A DNA stretch of 63,889 bases, counting the filler, from Thraustochytrium aureum (lineage: Eukaryota): NCBI GenBank assembly GCA_012862495.1. It is 7 parts of 4 records of this genome, joined end to end, with 100 filler letters (N's around TTAATTAATTAA, not from the genome) between each part and the next. Parts side by side here need not be neighbours in the genome. Positions count along the whole stretch, not along the records: positions 43,409 to 56,154 come from BLSG01000391.1; positions 56,255 to 59,586 come from BLSG01000396.1; positions 59,687 to 62,309 come from BLSG01000399.1; positions 62,410 to 63,889 come from BLSG01000405.1; 3 more parts are not named here. One strand, 5' to 3'. Shown one piece after another: positions 54,457 to 63,889 of this stretch. The notes beneath the pieces were generated by a model. That model did not search any database. It worked only from the letters and a program-made list of their open reading frames with translations, and was not told the origin of the DNA. Numbering within the stretch: position 1 is the stretch's first letter; each line of letters opens with the position of its first letter. The position numbers and the translations under genes were made by a program.

Positions 54457-55079
54457 ATGAACTGGGTCAAGGAGGTCGCCAGGGCGCCCGCGCCACCGCG
54501 GTGGGCGGTGTACGTGGTGGCGCTCGTGCTCGGGATTAGGTAAGTGATTAGGGCTGCGGCGCTGCGGGCCAGGGCGGCGGTGCGGCTGACAGCGGCGGGG
54601 ACGCAGCGGCGCTGGCACGTTTTCGTTCTGGGCGATTTTGTTCGTGGGGCGCGAGGTCTGTGTCGACTGCATTCCGTTTGGGCTGAGCACGTACAGGTAC
54701 GTTGGCTGGCGGCGCGCGGGCCGCACGTGATGCGAGCCGGCCTGACAGTCCGCGAGCGCGCGACAGGTTTTTGTACTGGCCCATGAGCGATGCCGCGCTG
54801 TGCTTCCTGTGCTTTGCGACGGCGGCGATGATGATACGGAGGTCGCGCTTCGTTTACTTGAGCGGCGTAACGCTTGGGTTTAACTTTATCTTCATGGCGT
54901 TCTTGGCGTGGTACATGGATTTTTTCGTGCGTGATGTGCAGCTGCAGCCGCAGTTCCTCAACGTGTGGTTCATCGGTTGGGGGTCGTTTTTGCTGTTCTT
55001 CATGCACAACTGGCGGGGTTACTGGGGCGCGGGATCTGAATCGGCTCTGCCGTCGTCGCGCAAGCGCGGCGCGATCTAG
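54457..55079 (+). CDS. Small 4-TM membrane protein of unknown function; exons 54457-54539, 54607-54696, 54767-55079, 161 aa
   Basis: Two introns (GTAAGT..CTGAC..CAG and GTACGT..CTGAC..CAG) splice into one open frame MNWVKEV...SRKRGAI with four hydrophobic segments. Confidence 0.7.
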
Positions 55080-56255
55080 CAAGCTCGTTTCTGCGTCGGA
55101 ATGGCTTGTGCTCCCGGAAGTGCGGCTTTTGTTTCCGTTGGTCGCGATTCGGGCGCGACCAGGTCAGGTGCGGAGGCTGCAGAGGTGGCGGCGCTTGGTT
55201 TGCGATCGAGTCGCTCGCGTCAAGTCGTGCTGGGCCAAGGTAGTGGCCTGGGCCACGGTAGTGGCTTGACTTGCGGTGCCAACGCGTTGGCAACGAGCCA
55301 CGGCACGCGCGCGGCCCGACGAAGCCGCCGCCTCTGCAGCAACGTCAACCTCCGTGCGTGTTTCTCGGCCCGCTCCGCCGCCAAATCAAGCAGTGCAGTC
55401 GAACCACGGCACCGCCAAAGCCTTTCGCCTCACATCGCCAACGCCTAACGCTTCGCATCGCCAAATGCTACAACAAACACATGGACCTTTCCGCATGCTC
55501 CCTCTTGGATCTCGGGCTGCAACTTGCAAGTGCCAGGGTTGACGCACGCCGTGGCCGGGCTTTGTCCCGTCTACCTGGCGCTGAGCGGCGGGGCCCGCGC
55601 CGCCCGGCGTGCTCTCTCCTTGCTAGCTCTAGCAAGAGTAAGTAGGAGAGCGAAGCGAAAGCGGGTTGTTGGGAGCGGGATGAGAGAACGACGGTGGGCC
55701 AGTGCGCCGGCTCGGAGCGCGCCGTTTGACGCCAAGCCACCAGGTCCGACTCCCGCAGCAACGAAGGGGCTCTCCCGCGGCGGAGAGGGACGAGCCAGCC
55801 AGCCAGCGCGAGCAGCGGGCGAGCACGGAACATGTCCCGCATGCGGCAGGCCACTGAGGCCAGACGCGCCAAGGCGGCTAGCTAGCAGCAGACAAGCTGG
55901 TTGGGAGGGAGGCGGTCAATCTGGGCGGATCCGGTCTGGACAAAACGATGGCGCCCCCCGAGCAACGCCACTCGCTTGGGGCTGGCTCCCTGGCCGCCCG
56001 CCGCCCGTGCTTCGGCCCGTGCCTGGCAAAGACGCGGGCCGGCTGCGGGGCAGTTGCTTGAAGGCGCAGAGCCGCTTCAGGGGGCGAGGACAGGGTTGCC
56101 GTTCGAGCTTCCGCCGCTGCGCCAAGCGCACTTCGCCGCCCAAGCGCAGCGCAGNNNNNNNNNNNNNNNNNNNNNNNNNNNNNNNNNNNNNNNNNNNNTT
56201 AATTAATTAANNNNNNNNNNNNNNNNNNNNNNNNNNNNNNNNNNNNNNNNNNNNC

Positions 56256-57035
56256 AACGTGAATGACAGCCCGATCCTGCTCATCGGCGACGAGGACTGC
56301 GGTTGCTCGCCAAAGCTTGGTGCCGCCTGTGGCCCTGACTCGAAGGTCAGGCTTCACAACTATTACAGCAGGTCCTACCAAATTGGGTACCTCCCAATTG
56401 GCACACGCTTCGAGTGGCGCCCCGTGGACCCTTCCGAGATTGTTGACGCGCACAAGCGCCCGCTTTACTTCAACTTTCAAGGCAGCCTGACCAGTCGCTC
56501 GCGCAAGCACCTCGTGTCCTTACTGGACGACCCACAAACGGCCAAAGACTACCCCATGTTGGGCAAGAGCATTGTGCAGTCCCACCGCAAGTTTGACAAG
56601 TTCCTAGCTTCTGGCGCCTACAGCAAGCCAGGCGACTACCGCACGGTGCTCCTAGACTCGGTGTTCACTTTGGCGCCAACGGGCGGGAGCCCCGAGTCTT
56701 ACCGAATTTTTGAAGCGATCGACGCTGGCTCAATCCCCGTGCTCTGCCTGGACGAGACGTACCGAAACGCGACTTGCCAGGAGGCGTACGCGCCGTTTAT
56801 CGAGTCTGGGGCTCCGTTCGTTTTCCTTCAGAAGTGGGACGAGTGGCCCAACCTGATGACGAAGCTCCTCAACGACCCAGAGCGTCTTCTCAAACAGCAG
56901 CAGGACTTGGGGCGGTGGCGCGTCGAGTTTTGGAAGAACAGTACAGCACTCCTCGAATGCACGATCATGCGGTCGTTCAACCAAAACAACCCGGACTCGC
57001 CCTACAAGGACAGCGAATTTTGCCCGCAGCTGTAG
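56256..57035 (+). CDS. Exostosin/GT47-like glycosyltransferase C-terminal part (RXYLT1/TMEM5-like); 5'-truncated
   Basis: LLIGDE, YLPIG, YFNFQGS, YRTVLLDSVFTLAPTGGSPESYRIFEAIDAGSIPVL, GAPFVFLQKW. Confidence 0.8.
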   Translation, partial: NVNDSPILLIGDEDCGCSPKLGAACGPDSKVRLHNYYSRSYQIGYLPIGTRFEWRPVDPSEIVDAHKRPLYFNFQGSLTSRSRKHLVSLLDDPQTAKDYPMLGKSIVQSHRKFDKFLASGAYSKPGDYRTVLLDSVFTLAPTGGSPESYRIFEAIDAGSIPVLCLDETYRNATCQEAYAPFIESGAPFVFLQKWDEWPNLMTKLLNDPERLLKQQQDLGRWRVEFWKNSTALLECTIMRSFNQNNPDSPYKDSEFCPQL

Positions 57036-59452
57036 TAGCGCTCTGGCACTGANNNNNNNNNNNNNNNNNNNNNNNNNNNNNNNNNNNNNNNNNNNNNNNN
57101 NNNNNNNNNNNNNNNNNNNNNNNNNNNNNNNNNNNNNNNNNNNNNNNNNNNNNNNNNNNNNNNNNNNNNNNNNNNNNNNNNNNNNNNNNNNNNNNNNNNN
57201 NNNNNNNNNNNNNNNNNNNNNNNNNNNNNNNNNNNNNNNNNNNNNNNNNNNNNNNNNNNNNNNNNNNNNNNNNNNNNNNNNNNNNNNNGGCGTAGGCGGC
57301 CGGGCTGCGCAAGCGGCTTGCGTCAAGCTAGGGTCGTTGACCTAACCACTTCCACTAGTAGTCTGAAGCAGTGTGGCGTACAAGTACTAACCCATCAGTA
57401 ACCCACTCATTCTTAACCAATTGCGCCGCCCTAGACGTGCGTCCCGGAGAGAGCGAGCGTGAGATTTGCAAGCGCTGCCTGCTTTCAAGACAAACAGTTC
57501 GAAATGCAGACATAGCTCCAGGTATGTCAAGGGTATCGTCGGTGGAGCCGAGTGTGGGCCACCCTGACGAATGTGAGGGTTCTTCACCACCCCGGCGAAA
57601 AGTATGCTCGAGCACACGGGAATATCTCCCGTTGACACACCCCTCGAGTGGTTTGCTCATGCTGCACTGGTAGGGAAACTGGAGCAGAACCTTCCTGTGA
57701 AGCTGACCGAGAATCTGATGGAAGGCGGCGCTCCTCCGACGGGGCGACGAGCCATGCTGGCCCATGCAGGGCCTGACCGAACCCAAAGATCTCCGACCCT
57801 TCGCAACCAGCACCGTCTTGTACAATGCACCGGTCGAGATTGTCGGATTGAGAACGGGACAGTGCGTTTAGCCCCTGAAAGCGAACGAGGCTGCCATTGA
57901 CCAGTCACGAGATCTTCTTGGACTTTGTGGGTGATTGTTGCTCCTGAAAGCGGAGGCATATGTATCTGGCGATGGCAAACCCATGACCTTCAACACTATA
58001 TGAGGCTCGGAGTCCTCAAGCGGGTCCAGCACAGTATGCCTGCAGCGCGACTATAGTCGCCGTTTCGCACCCTCGTCCCAAGCTGGGCGGGTCGAGCGGA
58101 GAGTACTTGGAGGCCGTCGTTGGCAAAGGGATGGCGAGCTGCTCCCACAAGAAGACTGTTGTGCGTACGGCAGCGTCGGCTCTGTGAAGAAGTCGAACCG
58201 CTCGAAGCAAACAAAGTCTCGTTGGCTTTTTTCAAGTGACGATGTATCGTTTTCGTTGTTGTAGGTTGTTCACCATGCGATTGCGATGATAAGCGAGCTT
58301 GGATTGATTCACTAGAAATGGTAGAGACGTTGCGAAGTGTGAAGGTATTGCGCTCGAACATTCCACGGTTGGGGACTCCATGTGGTTGTGAACGCTAAAC
58401 GACCGGAGGCACGAACTCAAAAAAAAAAGAGGAAAGAAACGGCGTTGCCAAACCCAACGAACCGATGATTGATCATGTCAGGCAGCATGAACAGGGACGA
58501 CTCGCTGCGCCACCGAGGCGGCGCGCTGGCAAGGAGCCTGCCAGTCCCATGAGGACCAGAAGCCAAGTGTGAATTAATGGTATCCAGCAGACGCAAAACT
58601 TGACGGATGACGGCCTTGACGCATGTTCAGTGTTCAAGCACAAGCCGCTGGCGAGCGAGAACCGGCCGCCAGTGGCTTGAATTACGAAAGGCAGGACTCG
58701 GAAGGCCTTGCCGGAGTGCGCCACGCACCTCAAGTACTGCCTGCTCGAAAGTCTTGAGTCCTTCAAGTTTTCACAATGATTGAATGCCCCGCGGCGGATC
58801 CGAATTTCGCAAAACCCCTCACGGCGTTAATTGATTTTTTTTAAACATCACCTTGCCGGCGCATGGAGCAGCGACCGTGGGGCGAGGGCAAGCTCGAAAC
58901 GAAAGCCTCTCCTCCACGCCTCGCGCCGGCGAAGAAGAGAAGCTGACTGGAAGGCGGATGGAGGATTCGACCAAGGACCAAAGCTCTTAGCTCTTCTTCA
59001 TTGATGTAGTACTCCATGGGTTGCGTGTTGCGACCTCAAAAGGAACGAGAAAGGAAAGGTGAAAGAAAGAACGCTGCCCACAGCAGGGGCGTCTCGCCGC
59101 GCCGCGAGGGCGGCTTGTTGGAGAGGGCCCAGGCCGGCCCCATGGGGGCCAGACGTTGCATGCGGATCGAAGGTGATCAGATGTCGCAGAACTTGCCGGA
59201 TGACAGCCTTACGGTGTTGATCAAGATCAATCTTTTGAAAGGGACTGGGGTGGAGAGGTGTTTCCCCGGTAGCGCCGCAAACCATGAGTGGCGAGGGTGT
59301 ACGCGGCGAGCAGATGAGCAGATTGGCATTTGAGGTCCCCACGCGGCACAGCGCTTGTTGCTGGCGCAGAGGCCCTCGCGGCGAGGCAGTGTCGTCGCTG
59401 CGAAGACTCGCTTTGCTGTCGCTGGTGCGACGGTGGCCGCTGGTTGGTGCAG

Positions 59453-59586
59453 ATGGGCAACGTGCTGTCGGACCGGGGGGCGACACTCGTGGACGAGGTG
59501 CCTGCGTGGCTTGGCGTGCAGAACAAGAGCGGATACGCACAGGTCGCCGCGGAGGCCGAAGACGTAGTTAATACCTTGGAAGCGGC
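59453..59586 (+). CDS. Probable 5' end of a gene with an N-myristoylation-type start (MGNVLS), cut by the linker
   Basis: MGNVLSDRGATLVDEVPAWLGVQNKSGYAQVAAEAEDVVNTLEA is open to the contig end and fits the MGxxxS consensus. Confidence 0.4.
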
Positions 59587-59938
59587 NNNNNNNNNNNNNN
59601 NNNNNNNNNNNNNNNNNNNNNNNNNNNNNNTTAATTAATTAANNNNNNNNNNNNNNNNNNNNNNNNNNNNNNNNNNNNNNNNNNNNTTTAATCAATAAAA
59701 AAATATCCCCCTTAACTTTCCTCGATGCCCCAAATCCCTCGATGCCTCGTTGACGCGAGGGCAGGCAGGCGTTGAAGTGAAGCGCCGAGCTGGAAAGGAG
59801 CCCTTGCGCATCGGCAGCTGGCTGGGCTGCTCGGCTCGGCTCGAGAAGGTTTTGCGGCATCTCGGCGGCGGCTGGTGCAGCAAGTCGTGCTGTGCGCTGC
59901 GTTTGACCTGCGTTTGACTTGGGAAAACGCGCCAGGCC

Positions 59939-60310
59939 ATGGCGCTCCAACTTGCTCGCGATGCACTCGGCCCGCTCACCTGCGCGCTGGAGGAGGTGGC
60001 TGGCGAGCAGCAGCAGGCCATGCGGTTTGTGTCGAACAGTAGGGCCAAGCTGGTCGGCTCGCTGCATGAGCGGCTGATGGACGGCGAAGCCGTGCTCAAG
60101 ACGCTTGAACAAGCACAAGGCTACGCGCGAAGGGCCGAGGCGCTTCGCGTGCGGCTGGAGCAGGTTGAGCGACGCGCGGCGGCCGTGGAAGCTAGGTCGC
60201 ACAAGGTCCTTGCGCGTGCTCGCGCAGGCTTGCGGGATCGCCAGGCGAGAGAGCTGCGTGAGCGCCAGCATGACGAACGCGTCCGTGTGGAGGCGCCGGC
60301 CCCCCAATAG
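59939..60310 (+). CDS. Small coiled-coil protein, BLOC-1 subunit pallidin (BLOC1S6)/snapin-like
   Basis: LEEVAGEQQQ...AQGYARRAEALRVRL...RSHKV...ELRERQHDERVRVEAPA parallels the pallidin pattern; recognised by eye only. Confidence 0.55.
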   Translation: MALQLARDALGPLTCALEEVAGEQQQAMRFVSNSRAKLVGSLHERLMDGEAVLKTLEQAQGYARRAEALRVRLEQVERRAAAVEARSHKVLARARAGLRDRQARELRERQHDERVRVEAPAPQ

Positions 60311-60524
60311 TGCCCGGTGCCTCTGCGCCGTCAGACACGAGTGTGCCAGCGGCTCCACGTGTGCAAGCGAGGCGCAAGACGCGGCAACCCAAGCTGGCCA
60401 CGCTTGACGACGAGCCGTAGCCGGCTGCGGCGGCGGCGAGCAAGAAGGATGAATTCACATTGTTGATAGGAATGCGAGAAAGAAGGCAGAAGCAGCCTGC
60501 AGGAGCGATGGCCTAGATGCAGTG

Positions 60525-62309
60525 TCAGGCAGGCGCCGACGGCGCCTTGTACGGCTTGAGACGCAAGGCAACACCGCCAACAACCACCTCGGCGCTCTGG
60601 AGCGCTGCAACAGCAGACTCGGGCTGCTCGAAGGCCGCGAAAGCAAAGCCGCGCTTGCGCTTGTCGATCTTGACCTTGAGCTTGGCCAGTTTGCCAAACT
60701 GCTCCAGTGCCTCCCGAAAAGCGGCCTTGTCAAGCCCCTCGTCGATGCCTGTCACGAAAAGGTCATAGCCCGTCGGGTCTAGCGCTTTGCTCGCCTTGGC
60801 GTCGCGCTTGCTTGAGCCTGATCCCGCGGTACTGGCAGAGCGGTGGTGCTCGAACCTGCACTTGTCGCCGAATTGGCAGGATCCGGTCTTCACGAACGAG
60901 CGGCAAGGCTTCGCTTTGCCGAGCCCCGCCTCTGCGTGTACAAACCTGCACTTGTCGCCAAACTTGCATGCGCCCGTTTTCGCAAACGACGCGCACATCT
61001 TGGCACGGCCAGCCTGAGGCGCCGCTTGGGGTGGCGCCTCAGGAGGCGCCTGGTCGGCTTGGGCCCGGCCGGCTTGCGCCTGGTCGGCCCGCTCCGGCGC
61101 CGCTTCGTCGACGCCATCAAGAGGTTCACGACCGCCCGCCAGAGCCGCCGGTACGGCATCTGGGTGAGCGAATTTGCATTTCTCGCCAAACTTGCACGAA
61201 CCTTGCTTGAGGAAAACAAAGCAGGGCTTTGGCCCCTCCTGGACATGCAAGTGACGGCACTTGTCCCCAAACTTGCACGCGCCGGTTCTGCGAAACGTTG
61301 CGCAGGCTTTGGCAGCGCTCTGCTTGCCCGGCTTCTGCTTCGCTTGTTGAGCCGCGCCATGGTCCTCGTGCGCGCCGGAGGTCGCCCAGCCGCCAAGGTC
61401 CCCGCCAGCTATTGCAGCCGCAACGGCCTCTGCGCTGTCCTCCGGGCCGTTGGAGCTTGAGCTTGAGTCGTTCGAAATATTGCCGTCCCCGGGACTCGCT
61501 GGGTTTTCCCTATTCTCGTCGGTCTCTTTCCGCGGCCGCGTCGGGATGGTCTCCCACCCCCCCGCCGCTTCTTCCAAGACCTCCATTGCCGCGGCAGCTG
61601 CTGCGGCCACAGCAGCCTCCTCGGCTCGAGCCACCTCCTCGCTGATCCTGAGGGCCTCTTCGAGATCCTCGCGCTCCTGCTCTGCCGCTCGGTCGCGAGC
61701 CGCCAATGCCTCGAGCGCTTCGACAATCTGCGTCTCGAACGCGCCAATCTGCTCGAGCGGCGCGGGCTCTGTGAGCGGCTCCCACTGCAAGTAGAGGCTG
61801 GGCGCCTCGTTGCCCACCGAGCTCTTGCGGGACATGACCGTCGCAGTGGACATGACGGACGTCGTCGAGCAGTGCGACAGAAGGCGGGTGCGACTTGAGT
61901 GTGGAAAGCTTTCGCGGTCCGAGGCAATGTCGACGACGATGACGGAGATGTCGTCGCGCTCTGACGCCGCGTTGGCCTTTTTCAAGGCCGTGGAGGCCAG
62001 GAGCTGAGCGCCTGCCTGTGTGTTTTTCCTGCGCGCCAGAGCAAAGGCCTGCTTGGCCGACATGACGTCCCAGAGCCCGTCAGAAGCAAGGATGAGTTTC
62101 AGCGGGACCGGGGTAACGCCGTCCTGGTCGTGCAGGCGGACCGTCAGGGCGGTTATGGCAGCCGTGGCGCAGGCCTGCTCGGCGTCGCGGTCGCCAATTG
62201 TGCGCGACATCATGAGCCCGCCCGGCCACAGCCGCAGGGGGTCGCTCTTGTCGTTGGCGTCCTTGCCGGCGCGCGAGACCTCGCCGCCGTCGCTCACTAC
62301 GCGCTGGCG
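60525..62309 (-). CDS. PP2C phosphatase (C-terminal half visible) + 4 CCCH zinc fingers + RRM; 5'-truncated
   Basis: RVVSDGGEV, PLRLWPGGLMMSRTIGD, LILASDGLWD, DDISVIVVD; four C-x8-C-x5-C-x3-H fingers; RNP2 LFVTGI and RNP1 RGFAFAAF, all in one frame. Confidence 0.9.
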   Translation of the reverse strand, partial: RQRVVSDGGEVSRAGKDANDKSDPLRLWPGGLMMSRTIGDRDAEQACATAAITALTVRLHDQDGVTPVPLKLILASDGLWDVMSAKQAFALARRKNTQAGAQLLASTALKKANAASERDDISVIVVDIASDRESFPHSSRTRLLSHCSTTSVMSTATVMSRKSSVGNEAPSLYLQWEPLTEPAPLEQIGAFETQIVEALEALAARDRAAEQEREDLEEALRISEEVARAEEAAVAAAAAAAMEVLEEAAGGWETIPTRPRKETDENRENPASPGDGNISNDSSSSSNGPEDSAEAVAAAIAGGDLGGWATSGAHEDHGAAQQAKQKPGKQSAAKACATFRRTGACKFGDKCRHLHVQEGPKPCFVFLKQGSCKFGEKCKFAHPDAVPAALAGGREPLDGVDEAAPERADQAQAGRAQADQAPPEAPPQAAPQAGRAKMCASFAKTGACKFGDKCRFVHAEAGLGKAKPCRSFVKTGSCQFGDKCRFEHHRSASTAGSGSSKRDAKASKALDPTGYDLFVTGIDEGLDKAAFREALEQFGKLAKLKVKIDKRKRGFAFAAFEQPESAVAALQSAEVVVGGVALRLKPYKAPSAPA

Positions 62310-62409
62310 NNNNNNNNNNNNNNNNNNNNNNNNNNNNNNNNNNNNNNNNNNNNTTAATTAATTAANNNNNNNNNNNNNNNNNNNNNNNNNNNNNNNNNNN
62401 NNNNNNNNN

Positions 62410-63596
62410 CCCAAAGCGCTGCTCTGCCTTCGAGTTGAAGAGCGCGGCCTCGTGAAGGAGACCATCGTGCGAATGCTCGACAGCAAGTCAGCCATCCCAG
62501 AGTCACGGGGCGGGGTGTTCACCAATCTCGTTCTCGCGCTGCGGCTAGTCGCCGAGCTCCAGCCCGGTGGACGGTGCTCGTCGCCGGGCGGGGGCGAGAC
62601 GCGCCGACTGCGCCGACTATCTCCAGAGCCGAGCGGGAAGCCCGCGAAGCGGCCACACGAGCCAGACGCAAAGCGCAGGAAGCGGAGCGGCGCGCAGCGC
62701 ATGAGGAGCGCAGCTTGGAGAGGGAGAAGCGTGATTCCGCCGCGAAGGCCTTGCGCGAAGAGCGCGAACGGGCGCTGCAAGCCCAACGGGCGGCGCTTGC
62801 TGCCGAGCGCGAGCTCGCTGCGAAAGAGCAGACGTTGCAAGCAGCACGACTGGCAGCTGCACGCCACGAAGAAACGGCCAAGGCCAAGGCCGAGTCTATG
62901 CGGCGATCGGCTGTCCAAGAGGCTGTCCAGAGGCACAAGCAAGAGATTCGCGACCTTCGGTGCAAGGTCAGCGTGGACAGGCTTTCCATCGAAGCCGAGA
63001 CATTGCCCGAGTTGCTCCGCGATGTGGCCGCCAAGGGCGCCGCGGAACGAGCGGGCCTCCGCGACCGCCTGGCAAGCGTCGAGAAAGAGCGCGACCGCCT
63101 TGAGACGGAGATGGCAGAGCTCTGGCGCGTCGAGCTTGTCAAAGTGGACGGGTTCCGCACCGAGGCAACCGAAAGGCATTTGCGGCGAAAGGTAGAACTA
63201 CGTGAACAGGCCCGTCTTGGCCAGTTGGGCTGTGCAGGAGCCGGGGCGACCGACGACGAGCTCGGCGCGCCACCGGGAGCCTGCCCGAGCGAGGGTGATT
63301 TGGAGTCGGCCTTGGAGGCTGACTTGAAGGCAGGGGAGACCCAGATTCGCGCCGAGTTTTCCAAGCTGCGCGCTGGCCTCTCCGCGAGGCTCTCTTCGCT
63401 AGTGGATGACGCGGATCAAGTGCGCAATGCGATAGAGCGCGTGGGAGTGGCCCAGGCCCAGCGCGAAAAGGAGGCGCGCGATGCCTGCGCTCGCGACCAA
63501 GGCGAGCTCGACGCCTTCTTGGAGGACGAAACCGCCCGGCTTGTGCGCGAGCACGAGGCCGAGCTCGCAAGACTTGGGGAGGCGGCTGGGGTTTAG
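62410..63596 (+). CDS. Hypothetical coiled-coil protein, 3' fragment with a probable frame break near 62570-62600
   Basis: 62574-63596 is an open E/R/A-rich heptad frame; plausible coding sequence upstream lies in another frame. Confidence 0.55.
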
Positions 63597-63889
63597 CTGG
63601 CTCCCCCGCAGGGCTCCGGGCGGCACTCTCGCTTTGATCAGTGCAGAACCTATTGCGCAAAACTGTGATGGATCCGTAGATTGGAAATTGGAATGCTCTG
63701 CATCAAGTTGCGCCGGCAGCTCCGGCCGGGTTGCGTTCAGTCACTTGGGTCCCACCCCAGCGGCAAGTGCCGACAACGAGCGCCGGCGCGCCGCGAAGCC
63801 GGCTGCCGCCGCCGCGATGCAACCCAAATTGGAAACCAAGACATACACGGCACAGAGACCTGGCCGAGGCCCCGGAGCTTTACGGCCTC

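Noticed and set aside
10405..62365. Six identical TTAATTAATTAA palindromes as a biological repeat or recombination site
   Set aside because: Always embedded in equal N runs and giving six-frame stops, so this is an assembly linker.
1..63889. A functional gene cluster (trafficking genes, or SAMHD1 + TPR + lectin as a defence island)
   Set aside because: The genes lie on different linker-joined pieces and have unrelated housekeeping functions, so there is no evidence of real linkage.

Overview
This is GC-rich, gene-dense, intron-poor eukaryotic nuclear DNA from a draft assembly. The short GT-AG introns carry CTGAC branch points. The gene set (GRIP golgin, PEX13, RAD9, VPS26-like, KLHDC4, FBXO9-like) and the repeat style suggest a stramenopile protist, possibly a labyrinthulomycete/thraustochytrid; the taxon is inference only. 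The window is not contiguous: six artificial N-TTAATTAATTAA-N linkers join seven unrelated scaffold pieces, and there are many internal N gaps, so adjacency across linkers means nothing. About 25 protein-coding genes or fragments can be supported, and five of them need introns that I reconstructed by hand. I found no rRNA, tRNA, CRISPR array or intact mobile element, and I see no convincing multi-gene novel system. The best leads are unusual single-gene architectures. These are a PP2C phosphatase fused to four CCCH fingers and an RRM; a double-tetraspanin-like protein with myxobacterial-type ETDxDCGG repeats; an RNF25-like RING with a 147-aa coiled-coil insertion; a SAMHD1-like dNTPase starting with an APIM-like PCNA motif; a PEX13 with two YG domains; and an ankyrin-LisH/CTLH-WD40 fusion. 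Two further patterns stand out: divergent intergenic regions each carry their own dense, mostly two-orientation cluster of a short motif, and two genes show paired compensating frameshifts.
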